Origin: Octopus bimaculoides
Lineage: Eukaryota
Direction of reading: 5' to 3'
Length of the DNA: 52,933 nt
NCBI RefSeq assembly: GCF_001194135.2
Contig: NC_068997.1
Span: 3,845,420 to 3,898,352 of the forward strand
The notes under the pieces were generated by a model. It was not told the DNA's origin. It searched no databases and saw only the letters and a list, made by a program, of their open reading frames with translations. The translations under genes were made by a program, and so were the position numbers. Every line of letters begins with the position of its first letter. The first letter of the stretch is position 1. Shown in pieces: positions 10,746 to 22,399 of this stretch.

Positions 10746-10967
10746 AAGATTTTAGAACATTTATAAATAGGTCTTATAGCTGTTTTCAGTGTATTTATTA
10801 TATCCCTTCATCGGAGACGATGTGAGAAAATGTTTAAGTAATAGTTAATTTGTATCTTATCTAAATTAACTATTGCTTAACCATCTTCTCACACCGTCTC
10901 CGCTGAAGGGATATAATAAATATACTGGAAACAGCTGTAAGACCTATTTATAAATATTCAAAATCTT
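10746..10967. repeat. 222-bp imperfect palindrome (probable inverted Penelope pLTR) with a hammerhead-like motif in each arm
   Basis: Arms 10746-~10850 and ~10862-10967 are reverse complements (AAGATTTTAGAACATTTATAAATAGGTCTTATAGCTG... / ...CAGCTGTAAGACCTATTTATAAATATTCAAAATCTT), with an ~11-nt spacer. Confidence 0.85.
10896..10943 (+). ncRNA. Degenerate minimal type-I hammerhead ribozyme-like motif (mirror copy at 10771-10818, minus)
   Basis: GTCT-CCGCTGA-AGGGATATAATAAATATACTG-GAAAC-AGCT-GTA-AGAC. Stem I is GTCT/AGAC, the core is CCG(A/C)TGA...GAAAC, loop III is the palindrome AGCT and the triplet is GUA. The core deviates from CUGANGA. Confidence 0.5.
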
Positions 10968-11116
10968 CACAGCCTTTATTTTTTTATCGCATTCTGAAAA
11001 AAAAATTCGTATATATATATATATATGGGAGAATATACAAAAAATAACAACAGACGAGGACAGGTGGTGTAAATAACAAAAGTATATATTAGTATGACGC
11101 TCGGGAATACGGAAAG

Positions 11117-11153
11117 TCTTTGACGTTTCGAGCTACGCTCTTCAACAGAAAGA
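11117..11153 (-). ncRNA. Minimal type-I hammerhead ribozyme-like motif (Penelope pLTR remnant)
   Basis: Minus: TCTTT-CTGTTGA-A-GAGC-GTA-GCTC-GAAAC-GTC-AAAGA. Stem I is TCTTT/AAAGA, stem II is GAGC/GCTC, triplet GUC, essentially no loop III. Core CUGUUGA differs from CUGANGA at one position. Confidence 0.55.
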
Positions 11154-11240
11154 ATACGGAGACAAGGNNNNNNNNNNNNNNNNNNNNNNNNNNNNNNNNN
11201 NNNNNNNNNNNNNNNNNNNNNNNNNNNNNNNNNNNNNNNN

Positions 11241-11282
<42 letters not shown>

Positions 11283-11599
11283 TATATATATATGTATATA
11301 TATATAGATTGATATATGTATGTATATATACATATATATATGTATATATATTTCATATTTACTACTATATATTATAACTACTTACAATTTACAAAACAGT
11401 GTATTCCTATAATAGAAATTACATATATCTCCTGTAATATGCTCGAACATATAACCAGGTAACATAAAGTCCTTACTATTGTGTGTATATGAAAGAAATA
11501 CAGCAGGACAGAAATAATATACAGGGCCAGTAACAACGTGAGGATGAAAACATATGTATCACAATAGAACTTGTTTTGTCGCCTCTCAGTCAAGCGCTT

Positions 11600-12340
11600 T
11601 GAACCAACAACACCACACTTTGAAGCGGGGTCTCTGTCACTAGTTTCTCTTGAATCACCGATAGTGTTTCACCAGGTGGGACTTTGGTGAACAGACCTAT
11701 TACATCTAGACTCACCATCTGGTTGGATTCAATGGGCGTATCCTTGATCAATTCTGTGAAGTGGGTGGAATTCTTTACGTACGATGTTGACTTTCCTGCT
11801 AATGGACTGATTATATCCACAAGGAAACGGCTCAGTGGATGACATGCTGAACCTCTACAGCTCACTATAATTCTTAATGGAATACCGTCCTTATGAATCT
11901 TAGGCAAAGCGTACATCTGTGGTAGTTTACTGTAGTGTTGAATCAGTTGTCTGTACTTCATTGGTGTAAAGTGATCCTTGTTCTTGATCAAGATCTGTGA
12001 CAACTTTCTCTCGGTTTTCAGTGTTGGGTTTTTCTTTTCTTTGCTATAGTTACCATCACTTATAAGATTTGCCAATTTTTCAGAGTAGTCAGACTTGTTC
12101 ATCACCACTGTAGCATTTCCTTTGCCCGCTGGAAGTATTATTATGGAATTGTTACTCTGTAGTCTTTTGATAGCGAACTTTTCTTCCTTAGTGAAGTTTC
12201 GCTTTTTCTAGTACCTGTCTCACTTTCCACCTTAGTTCATCTTCTTGAACTTTTGGTATCTTTATGGCTATCTCTTCAATAGGGGCTACTATGTCCAAGT
12301 ATAGAATGTGCTAGATGGTTATCGCAAAGCTGAAGGGTGA
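11600..12340 (-). mobile_element. Penelope-like element (PLE) reverse transcriptase, N-terminal half
   Basis: ...LRWKVRQVLEKAK/NFTKEEKFAIKRLQSNNSIIILPAGKGNATVVMNKSDY...PQMYALPKIHKDGIPLRIIVSCRGS...YVKNSTHF...MVSLDVIGLFTKVP. These are the (A)DKGNATVV, PKIHK..PLR.IV and SLDV.SLFT.VP motifs of PLE RTs. It ends before the YADD-equivalent region and no GIY-YIG domain is present. Confidence 0.93.
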
Positions 12341-12546
12341 TATGTAGACAAAATACTTCTGCAAGATCTATGAATCGCAAACGGATCAATACAATTTGAA
12401 ATTAATACCTATAAATAATTTATAATTGCAATTAGATAAACATGTATAAACATAAGGAATATATTTTGGGAAACTATAATTGTAGTCGATCATAATAAAT
12501 AATGATATATACTAATAAATCTAGATTTATCATGTACGCACTAATA

Positions 12547-12915
12547 GGCGCAGTCATGGCTGTTTATTAAGAACCACAAGGTTACTGGTTCGCCCCCTCT
12601 GCGTTGTATCTTGGGCATGACGCGGCTGACTAAAATATTGTGAGTGGATTTAGCAAACGGAAGCCGAAAGAAGCCCATCCTAGATTTATATGAATGTTGC
12701 TGTGTGTGTGTTTGCGATCTGCTGCCGCTTGACAACGGCTTTTGTTTACGTCCTTGTAACTTATCGGTTCTGCAACAGTTTCCAATACAATATATACTAG
12801 GCTCTACAAAAGTAAATGCTAGTGTCGATTTGTTTGACTAAAACCCTTTGTGGTGGAGCCCCAGCATGTCCGCCGTCCAGTGAATATTCCCAGTAAAAGA
12901 CAAAAGTGAAAAGAT
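12547..12915 (+). mobile_element. tRNA SINE family A, older diverged copy
   Basis: GGCGCAGTCATGGCTG...CTTGGGCA...TTGTGAGTGGATTTAGCAAACGGAAGCCGAAAGAAGCCC...GCTTGACAAC...CCCAGCATGTCCGCCGTCCAGTGA. Confidence 0.8.
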
Positions 12916-13064
12916 TATAGAAATAGATTCAATACTAAATAACTAAAGCATCAGCGGCTGGCTAGCTCCCTGATCTTCTCACATAGCAGGCACAGCTTAT
13001 AGAACTTTCTATTTTTAAAGACTGCAGTAAAATAGACGGTCTATATAAGTGCATTATCGGAAAC

Positions 13065-13538
13065 TAGATTGATTATATATTCTTTTCTAGTCTAGGCACA
13101 AGGCCTGACATTTTTGGCGAGGGCGCTAGTCGATTAGATCGACCCCCAGTACGCAACTGGTACTTAATTTATCGACCCCGAAAGGATGAAAGACAAAGTC
13201 AACCTCGGTGGAATTTGAACTCAGAACGTAAAGACAGACGAAATACCGCTAAGTATTTCGCTCGGCATGCTGACGTTTCTGCAGCTCGCCGCCTTAGATT
13301 GATTATATATTCTTTTCTACTCCAGGCACAAGCCCCGAAATTTTGGGGGAGGGGGCCAGTCGATTAGATCGACTTCATTACGCAACTGGTACTTAATTTA
13401 TCGACACCGGAAGGATGAAAGGCAAAGTCTACCACGGCGGAATTTGAACTCAAAATATAAAGACAGACTAAATACCGCTAAGCATTTCACCCGGCGTGCT
13501 AACGTTTCCGCCAGCTCGCCGCCTTAGATTGATTATAT
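13065..13538 (-). mobile_element. Two tandem copies of tRNA SINE family B (230-bp period)
   Basis: Minus head AAGGCGGCGAGCTGGCGGAAACGTTAGCACGCCGGGTGAAATGC...GAGTTCAAATTCC (A/B box), central GCCTTTCATCCTT.CGG.GTCGATAAATTAAGTACCAG, tail AGAAAAGAATA. TAGATTGATTATAT occurs at 13065, 13295 and 13525. Confidence 0.92.
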
Positions 13539-14004
13539 GTTGACGGTAACTTAACAGTGTCTTGTGTTAGTACTATACTTCAATCTGCTGTTGGCTAAAT
13601 GTCTATAGATTTATTCTGGTATTACATGTTGAAAAATATTTCGTTTGCAACGATGGCAATTTCACGTTCTAGCTTACACATTGTGACACATCCTTAACGC
13701 ACACATTACAATGGAGACAACTCGAAACGTTATATTCTCACTTAAATAATAGTCATCTAAAACCCTTCCATGGACAAAATGGCAGTCGCACTCATAATCA
13801 ATAACTGCCCCAGGTTCCACAGCTTATTTCTCCATAATTTAGACCCGACTTTGCGTTGGTAAAAAAATTAAAAAATTAAAAAAAACGATTTCTGCAAAGT
13901 GTATTTAAGAGGGCATTTAGCTGCAAACACAAACACACATATATGTAAGTATGTAGGTAAATATATATACACCCAACCAACACATACATACATACACACA
14001 TACA

Positions 14005-14057
<53 letters not shown>

Positions 14058-14081
14058 GGTACATATATATGTATATATATT

Positions 14082-14173
14082 CTTTTACTCTTTTACTTGT
14101 TTCAGTCATTTGACTGCGGCCATGCTGAAGCACCGCCTTTAGTCGAGCAACTCGACCCCAGGACTTATTCTTT
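14082..14173 (-). mobile_element. tRNA SINE family A 3' end, cut by gap
   Basis: CTTTTACTCTTTTACTTGTTTCAGTCATTTGACTGCGGCCATGCTGAAGCACCGCCTTTAGTCGAGCAACTCGACCCCAGGACTTATTCTTT. Confidence 0.9.
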
Positions 14174-14713
14174 NNNNNNNNNNNNNNNNNNNNNNNNNNN
14201 NNNNNNNNNNNNNNNNNNNNNNNNNNNNNNNNNNNNNNNNNNNNNNNNNNNNNNNNNNNNNNNNNNNNNNNNNNNNNNNNNNNNNNNNNNNNNNNNNNNN
14301 NNNNNNNNNNNNNNNNNNNNNNNNNNNNNNNNNNNNNNNNNNNNNNNNNNNNNNNNNNNNNNNNNNNNNNNNNNNNNNNNNNNNNNNNNNNNNNNNNNNN
14401 NNNNNNNNNNNNNNNNNNNNNNNNNNNNNNNNNNNNNNNNNNNNNNNNNNNNNNNNNNNNNNNNNNNNNNNNNNNNNNNNNNNNNNNNNNNNNNNNNNNN
14501 NNNNNNNNNNNNNNNNNNNNNNNNNNNNNNNNNNNNNNNNNNNNNNNNNNNNNNNNNNNNNNNNNNNNNNNNNNNNNNNNNNNNNNNNNNNNNNNNNNNN
14601 NNNNNNNNNNNNNNNNNNNNNNNNNNNNNNNNNNNNNNNNNNNNNNNNNNNNNNNNNNNNNNNNNNNNNNNNNNNNNNNNNNNNNNNNNNNNNNNNNNNN
14701 NNNNNNNNNNNNN

Positions 14714-14751
<38 letters not shown>

Positions 14752-15211
14752 GAGATAAACAAAACAGAAAAGGAAAGATAAACAGATTATTTTTCACTTC
14801 AGTCATTTTAAGTTGGCATTAAATGAGAACAGAAAATAGCCGCAAGGTTTTCTGCAGAATTTACTATTTTCTGCCGATTCTCTGCCAACACAAAAAGGTC
14901 CATTGAAGGTGATGTAACGGTGGTTTAAGAGAGATGATCGCTTTATGTGTAATATTTAATGAAGAATATAGTTAGTTATCAAATACCTACACACCCAGAT
15001 AAATAAATACACACACACAAATATATACATACGTACATACATACATACATATATAAGAAACTAAGTACATGCAAACATACATAGATATTTAGGAGTAAAG
15101 AATCCCCTGGCTCTGCTTATTTCGGATAATTTGTTATGATTGTATGTGTATCTGGTATATATGCACGTGTGTGTGTCTATGTCTGCGTGCTTTTTGTGTG
15201 TGTGTGTGTGC

Positions 15212-15249
<38 letters not shown>

Positions 15250-15297
15250 TTAGCTCCATACATAGATGCACATAGATAGATGGATATAGACACACAC

Positions 15298-15920
15298 ACA
15301 CAAGGTACGATCGGTAAATTGTCGCCATTTAATATTCATAATTTCGTGCATGCACCTTGTCCATTTTTAATTTTGTCAACTACACATTATAGTAGGTTCT
15401 GCCCGAAATTTGGAAACGTCATGCTGTACTGCTTGTCATTCGCACCGGACGCTTCAATACGAACAATTGAAAATGTTTGGTGTCCATCTGAGGACAGTGC
15501 ATTTTGAGAACAGTGCAATCTGAGAACATGTACCGAGAGTGATCAAAATGAGACATCTAGTCAACATCATGGTGTTTGGAGTAATCACTAGTGATGGTGA
15601 AGTTATGCCTTCATTCATCTTCACAGACATCCTTAGACCAATAAAACTCCTTGTAACACCAAAGATAAACTGAAGGCAAGGATTATGACAACATTCACCA
15701 ATTTAAACAAGGATGCCATATAGAAGAGATGCAGGAGATCCTGAAGTTGTCTGGAGGCCATGGTTGAAGCCGATGACAATTTTATAGAATAAATTTACTC
15801 TTTAGTATTTGAAGATACTTTTATGTAATTTTTGTAAATATATCTGTTAATATGAGATATCAGTGTTATTTTCATTTTTGCGTAATTTAAGCGACAACTT
15901 TTTGAGTGCACTTTGTATAT
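15298..15920 (+). mobile_element. Internally deleted Tc1/mariner-superfamily element
   Basis: VNIMVFGVITSDGEVMPSFIF, KTPCNTKDKLKARIMTTFTNLNK and CLEAMVEADDNFIE*. Degenerate TIRs (AAATTGTCGCC ~15316-15326; GCGACAACTT ~15891-15900). Confidence 0.75.
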
Positions 15921-16218
15921 ACGTGTGCCTGTGTGTGTGTTTGTGTGTATGTGTGTGTGTGTGTGTGTGTGAGAGTGAGTGTGTGTGTGTGTGTATGTGC
16001 GCGCGCGCGTCCTTGTGTGTGTCTATGTGTGTGTGTAATGAATATAAACATATGCATTATTCTTTTATTCTATTAATGGCTTCAGTTACAGGACTGCAGC
16101 CATGCTGGAGCCCCACCTTACCCGTATCTATCTATCAATCTATCTATCTACCTCTCACTCTCACTCCCTCTGTCTCTATACATATGTGTGCGTATGTGTG
16201 TATGTAAATAAATGTCAA

Positions 16219-16271
<53 letters not shown>

Positions 16272-17284
16272 NNNNNNNNNNNNNNNNNNNNNNNNNNNNN
16301 NNNNNNNNNNNNNNNNNNNNNNNNNNNNNNNNNNNNNNNNNNNNNNNNNNNNNNNNNNNNNNNNNNNNNNNNNNNNNNNNNNNNNNNNNNNNNNNNNNNN
16401 NNNNNNNNNNNNNNNNNNNNNNNNNNNNNNNNNNNNNNNNNNNNNNNNNNNNNNNNNNNNNNNNNNNNNNNNNNNNNNNNNNNNNNNNNNNNNNNNNNNN
16501 NNNNNNNNNNNNNNNNNNNNNNNNNNNNNNNNNNNNNNNNNNNNNNNNNNNNNNNNNNNNNNNNNNNNNNNNNNNNNNNNNNNNNNNNNNNNNNNNNNNN
16601 NNNNNNNNNNNNNNNNNNNNNNNNNNNNNNNNNNNNNNNNNNNNNNNNNNNNNNNNNNNNNNNNNNNNNNNNNNNNNNNNNNNNNNNNNNNNNNNNNNNN
16701 NNNNNNNNNNNNNNNNNNNNNNNNNNNNNNNNNNNNNNNNNNNNNNNNNNNNNNNNNNNNNNNNNNNNNNNNNNNNNNNNNNNNNNNNNNNNNNNNNNNN
16801 NNNNNNNNNNNNNNNNNNNNNNNNNNNNNNNNNNNNNNNNNNNNNNNNNNNNNNNNNNNNNNNNNNNNNNNNNNNNNNNNNNNNNNNNNNNNNNNNNNNN
16901 NNNNNNNNNNNNNNNNNNNNNNNNNNNNNNNNNNNNNNNNNNNNNNNNNNNNNNNNNNNNNNNNNNNNNNNNNNNNNNNNNNNNNNNNNNNNNNNNNNNN
17001 NNNNNNNNNNNNNNNNNNNNNNNNNNNNNNNNNNNNNNNNNNNNNNNNNNNNNNNNNNNNNNNNNNNNNNNNNNNNNNNNNNNNNNNNNNNNNNNNNNNN
17101 NNNNNNNNNNNNNNNNNNNNNNNNNNNNNNNNNNNNNNNNNNNNNNNNNNNNNNNNNNNNNNNNNNNNNNNNNNNNNNNNNNNNNNNNNNNNNNNNNNNN
17201 NNNNNNNNNNNNNNNNNNNNNNNNNNNNNNNNNNNNNNNNNNNNNNNNNNNNNNNNNNNNNNNNNATATATATATATATATACT

Positions 17285-17420
17285 TACTACAGGTTTCTTT
17301 CAGTTTCTGTCAACCAAATCCAGTCACAAACTTTTAGTCGGCTCTAGGCTATACTTGAAGACACTTGATCAAAGTAACACGCTGTGGGACTGAACTCAGA
17401 ACCATGTGTTTGAGAAGCAA
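17285..17420 (-). mobile_element. tRNA SINE family A head fragment (another small fragment at ~16062-16115)
   Basis: GTTTCTTTCAGTTTCTGTCAACCAAATCCAGTCACAAAC...GAAGACACTTG...GTGGGACTGAACTCAGAACCATGTG. Confidence 0.75.
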
Positions 17421-17699
17421 CTATGTTGATGTCTCTCTATTCTTTCGTTATTTCATCAAAAGAATTGGTTGAAATGAAATATGAGGAAATTATGCCGGAT
17501 TAGGTAACTTTGAGGAAATCCTTTAATCCACTCTACGAATAATTAAGATCGATATAATGACATAGAGATCCTGTATTGATATCGATTTTTGTAGAAGTAA
17601 CTTCATATAAATATGATTTCTGTTCTCAGCAGCTGACGATGTTGAGTAAGGGATGTTAAGGTACGGAATTAGAACGGAAATGGAAGAGAAATAATTCAG

Positions 17700-18090
17700 A
17701 GAAAAGAGGGCGGAGAGAAGGGAAAGATGGGAAGAACGGCTGGGACATAAAGTAAGGGAAGTGGGGGTAAAGAAATAGAAAATGAGAGAAAAGTGAGTTT
17801 GAGGTGAGGGAAAAAGATTAAGACAGAGATGGAGAGAGACAGGCAAAGACAGAAAGACAGAGACAGAGAGAGAATGGAGGAGAGATTAAGAGAGAGATAG
17901 GGAGAGAGATAGCAGAGTAAGAATGAAAAGTACGAGAGAGACAGGTAAAAAAGTTTGAGAAAGTGAGAAAGAGGAGGACCGAGTGGTTTAGTGACAGAGG
18001 TAGAAACAAAGAAGACAAAGGGGATCTCGAGAAGGCGTGGCAGTAAAGCGCAGAGAGAGAGGGAGCGAAGAAAGAGGGAGAGAACGTAGT
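17700..18090. repeat. Purine-rich (GA) low-complexity tract
   Basis: About 400 bp dominated by A/G on the plus strand; source of the L/S/F-rich minus ORFs. Confidence 0.85.
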
Positions 18091-18559
18091 AATAATTACT
18101 ATTAAGTGAAGGCAATAATTGGTAGCATTGCAGGTAAATTAGAAGCCGTTATTGAAGGCAAGGCTGTGGTTAAAACAATTAAGAAACAGAAGTGAATGCT
18201 CTACAAGGTTTAGGGACATGTTTTGTGAATTTTCTGTTTATAAAGATTGATTTGGCGCTCGTGGTTCTCTCCCCACACCCTCTCTCAAGGATCGATTGAA
18301 TAGTTATTGAACAAACATCGACAATAATTTAATTACCTGAGATTTGCCAACAATGTGTAATGGCCTCGTATTAATATCAAAGTACTGTTTAAGAAACTGT
18401 AGAGAACATTCCGTTAGAAATCTGCTTGATCAGGGTTTCCTCGGGGGACCTGTCACTCCATTTAGGGGCACCTGTCTTCTAATTTAAACCGACACAATCT
18501 ATAAGGTTCTGGTATTGTTGTAAGTATTAGCCTTACCCGCCACGCAAGCTAACAACCGT

Positions 18560-19310
18560 GCTTTTAGGTACCGAGGTAGAATTTGAACTCAGGATGCGAA
18601 AAAGGCTGAAAATATAGCATAAGTCGTTTCGTTCAATGCCGCAAAGATGTCCATAAACCTGCTGCCATGAAATTGGGCTTTATTGATCGATCCCGATGGG
18701 ATGAAAGACGAAGTTGGCTTCGGTTGAATTTGAACTCAGGATGCAGAGCACCAAAACGCATATCACCAGTCATTCTGTTTTCTATTCTAACGGGGTAAAT
18801 CCCTACCTCAGATTTTCGGTTAAGCAAAAACAATAACCTTGAAACTATTTTATTTTCCCGTAAAATATCCTATTTAGCCTTGTTCAGCTATATTTAGCTA
18901 TTGATTCAGGTATTAAGGTAAACATCATCTTTTATCGACTAGCATTGATCAGGACGACAGAGTCACCATATGCCTAATTATTTCTAGAATGATGGCATAT
19001 ATCTCATAATTCTCGGATATGTATGCGATTGTTTCATCATTCTATCTTTTAAAACCAGTAATTCTTCAGCTCGCTACTCTTCACAAGAACACTGTGGTTT
19101 TGTGGGATTTTCACCGACAGCCACCGTGGAAACACCAACAATTCGGTCAGGATTACCAGCCGTAGTTTTCTTGAAAGATCATGGAAGGTTCCAGTACCCA
19201 TGGATTAAATTGATCTTAGTGCTTCCAAAAGATAAAAGTTGGTCTCGTAGAATTCGAACTCAGAACATACAAGTAGGTAACTAAATACCTTGAGGAACTT
19301 CGTTTAATGC
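18560..19310 (-). mobile_element. Degenerate SINE family B fragments (~18570-18660, 18680-18780, 19190-19310)
   Basis: Recurrent (G)AATTTGAACTCAG(G/A)A and GGATGAAAGACGAAGTTGGCTTCGG motifs. Confidence 0.6.
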
Positions 19311-20079
19311 TAAAGTGAATTTGTTTTAACATCAATCTACATTTGCCTTATCATTAATCTACATTAATCTACCTTTAATTCCTTTGTGGTTTTTGTTTAA
19401 CAAAACTGCTTCAAAACAAACATTGACAATATCAATTTATTTGTCGTTTCATTTGACGGATGGAGTGTTTTCATAATAGCTATTTGTAACAGCATCTTCC
19501 CTTCAGCATTATCTCTAAATACTTTTTAAACCAGAGAAAAATGGGCGTGGTTGAAAATAGTTATTGTTAAATAAATAACTGGCCATCTCACTATAATTAA
19601 AAGATTACAAAGCTTTTTACTTTCTGCTCATTCGAATCTGCAGCAACTAATTCCTTTTCAATGTGAAATACTTTGTCTGCTTCATTATTCCTAGAAATGG
19701 ATGGTTATCTCGCCTCATTGATTAAAACTTTTTTTTAATATTTAACACAGATGAATCTTTTTGAATACAATTTATCATTGTTTAGCCAGGTATATTAACA
19801 GAAACAAAAAAAGCAAAAAGCAATTGAAGCAAGGATTTTAAGTGACTTTATAGACAAAGTTTATTGGGAGAGCAACGGAATAGATATGCCAGAATAAATA
19901 GAATAACAGACTGTACAATGACATTGGAACGTTGCAGTAATAAAATTGCCAGAATCTTGAAACGAAATGGCTTGCGACCCTTCTTTTACCTTCTTAGTTC
20001 AAATCCCGATGCTCATTGCGCTTCGTTTTACCTAAAATTCATACTATGAAATAGCAATCAAACGTTGCGTTGTCTTAAG

Positions 20080-20580
20080 TAGAGGATTGCCGGGTTAAAT
20101 TTCACAAATTTTATGTCCTTTTTCTTGGGAAATGCTTGATGTATAGGGAAACAGCCAACAGCGTTGGAGAGCATAAAAATTAATGTTCTGGGTGCAAGTA
20201 AGGTAACTGACATGGAGAACTGGAAGCCATCATAATATTGGAAAAGAATTACCTGTATCATTATGATTCGCGCCAGATATCAAAATGACGACATCACGAC
20301 TGCTACTCAATGCTCTGTGAACACTGTAAAGAGAACATTATAAAGGGACAGCGGCAACAGAGACTGCGAAGCCGTGGCCGGCAGAGAGAGATACAGCTGA
20401 GGTTCTGACTGCGTCCGCACGCCGTAGTTTGTCTAAGAACACCAGGACAAAATGATGGCAGATCCGAACAAAGGAAGTCGGATATAAGCGAGATAGGTGG
20501 GTGTTGGTGTCGCCACTATGAAGCTGGCTCTGAATGAGGACCTTAGATACCACTCGTACAAAAGGCGCAAGATCTAAATT
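20080..20580 (+). mobile_element. Tc1/mariner-superfamily element, 5' part
   Basis: MENWKPS*YWKRITCIIMIRARYQNDDITTATQCSVNTVKR from 20212, and MKLALNEDLRYHSYKRRK at ~20518-20571 (paired-type HTH region). The upstream UTR is homologous to 21500-21620 reversed. Confidence 0.7.
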
Positions 20581-21289
20581 CTGGCAGTCCTTTATGGGAC
20601 GGTATTCGCTAATCAACAAACGAAAGAGAACATGTCACCGTTATTATTAGTCGGCACCAATAATCATGGTTACCACAGGAGCAATCCAGAACAGACTCAA
20701 GTAGTACATTTTCAGGAAGATTTATTTGAATATTAACATGCTGTGTTATTGAGAAGAATATGGTGAAGCAGAATCAAAGACCAAGTAACATTGGCATATT
20801 ACAGCCGGTCAGCAGCCCTTTGTGTTATATTATCCTTCGCTAATTAGAATTATATGCCAGCAACCATGAATATTTAATGAAATAAAATACCAACTATTAT
20901 AGTAATATCACTTTGTCCAGTAGGAATTACTTGTAGGAATATTTGATAATTTAATCATAAGCTGATATATAACGGTAATTAAAATTACAACCAATTTCAT
21001 TTCGTTTTAACAAGACTGCCTGCAAGCAACAGCAGCTAAATCGTACTCAAATTATAGCGTTTCTTCTTGGAACCAAAAGGCATATTCGATAATGTGCTGC
21101 TAGATACACAGTATCAATGAAAATTATAAGATAGTCCTGACAGGAAGATCATTTGAATGATACTTATGAGAATAATAAGATAAATTGTTTGGGTGTTTGG
21201 AGAAGTACAGGGTTTTTGTGCTCAGTCTTACAGTTTGCATAAAAAGAAAAGAAATCAGAAAATTTCATCCAAAAATAAATGTGTTTTTA

Positions 21290-21650
21290 AAAAATCAGGA
21301 AATATCAACAACATTAGGACCAGGAAATAACAATAGCTGCACTCAGCTTCCTTTTAGGCCTCAAGATGGCTCCGGAATTTGGCACATGCTTCCCTCATTG
21401 TGTTGCCGGAAAGATCTTCGAACACTCCGTTGATCTTAGTTACTAGCTCAGCCTTGCTGTTGCAGGCAGGGCAGTTAGTGTCTTAGTTGAACATGAGTCT
21501 CTTCTTCAACCTTTATCTTTATGCTCTCCAGCGCCGTTCGCATTTCAACAATACATTAAGCCATTTCTGAAAAAAATGGAGACATAAAATATCCTGAAAT
21601 TTATCACGAAATCCCTTTACATAGTAACATAATATCAACAATACGTTGTT
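21290..21650 (-). mobile_element. Same Tc1-like family, deletion derivative (5' UTR fused to transposase C-terminus)
   Basis: Minus: TTAATGTATTGTTGAAATGCGAACGGCGCTGGAGAGCATAAA (cf. 20137-20180), then TNCPACNSKAELVTKINGVFEDLSGNTMREACAKFRSHLEA*. Confidence 0.7.
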
Positions 21651-21724
21651 ATTCTTTAACCACAGGTACGTCCTGTTGGTTTATGTTATAGTTACAACGT
21701 CAAAGAGTTTTTTTGGAGAGGATG

Positions 21725-22368
<644 letters not shown>

Positions 22369-22399
22369 CTTATAATAATAATAATAATGATAATAATAA

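Noticed and set aside
17700-18090. GA-rich tract as H-DNA or a coding region
   Set aside because: Not a mirror repeat, and such tracts are common; the ORFs are low-complexity antisense readings.
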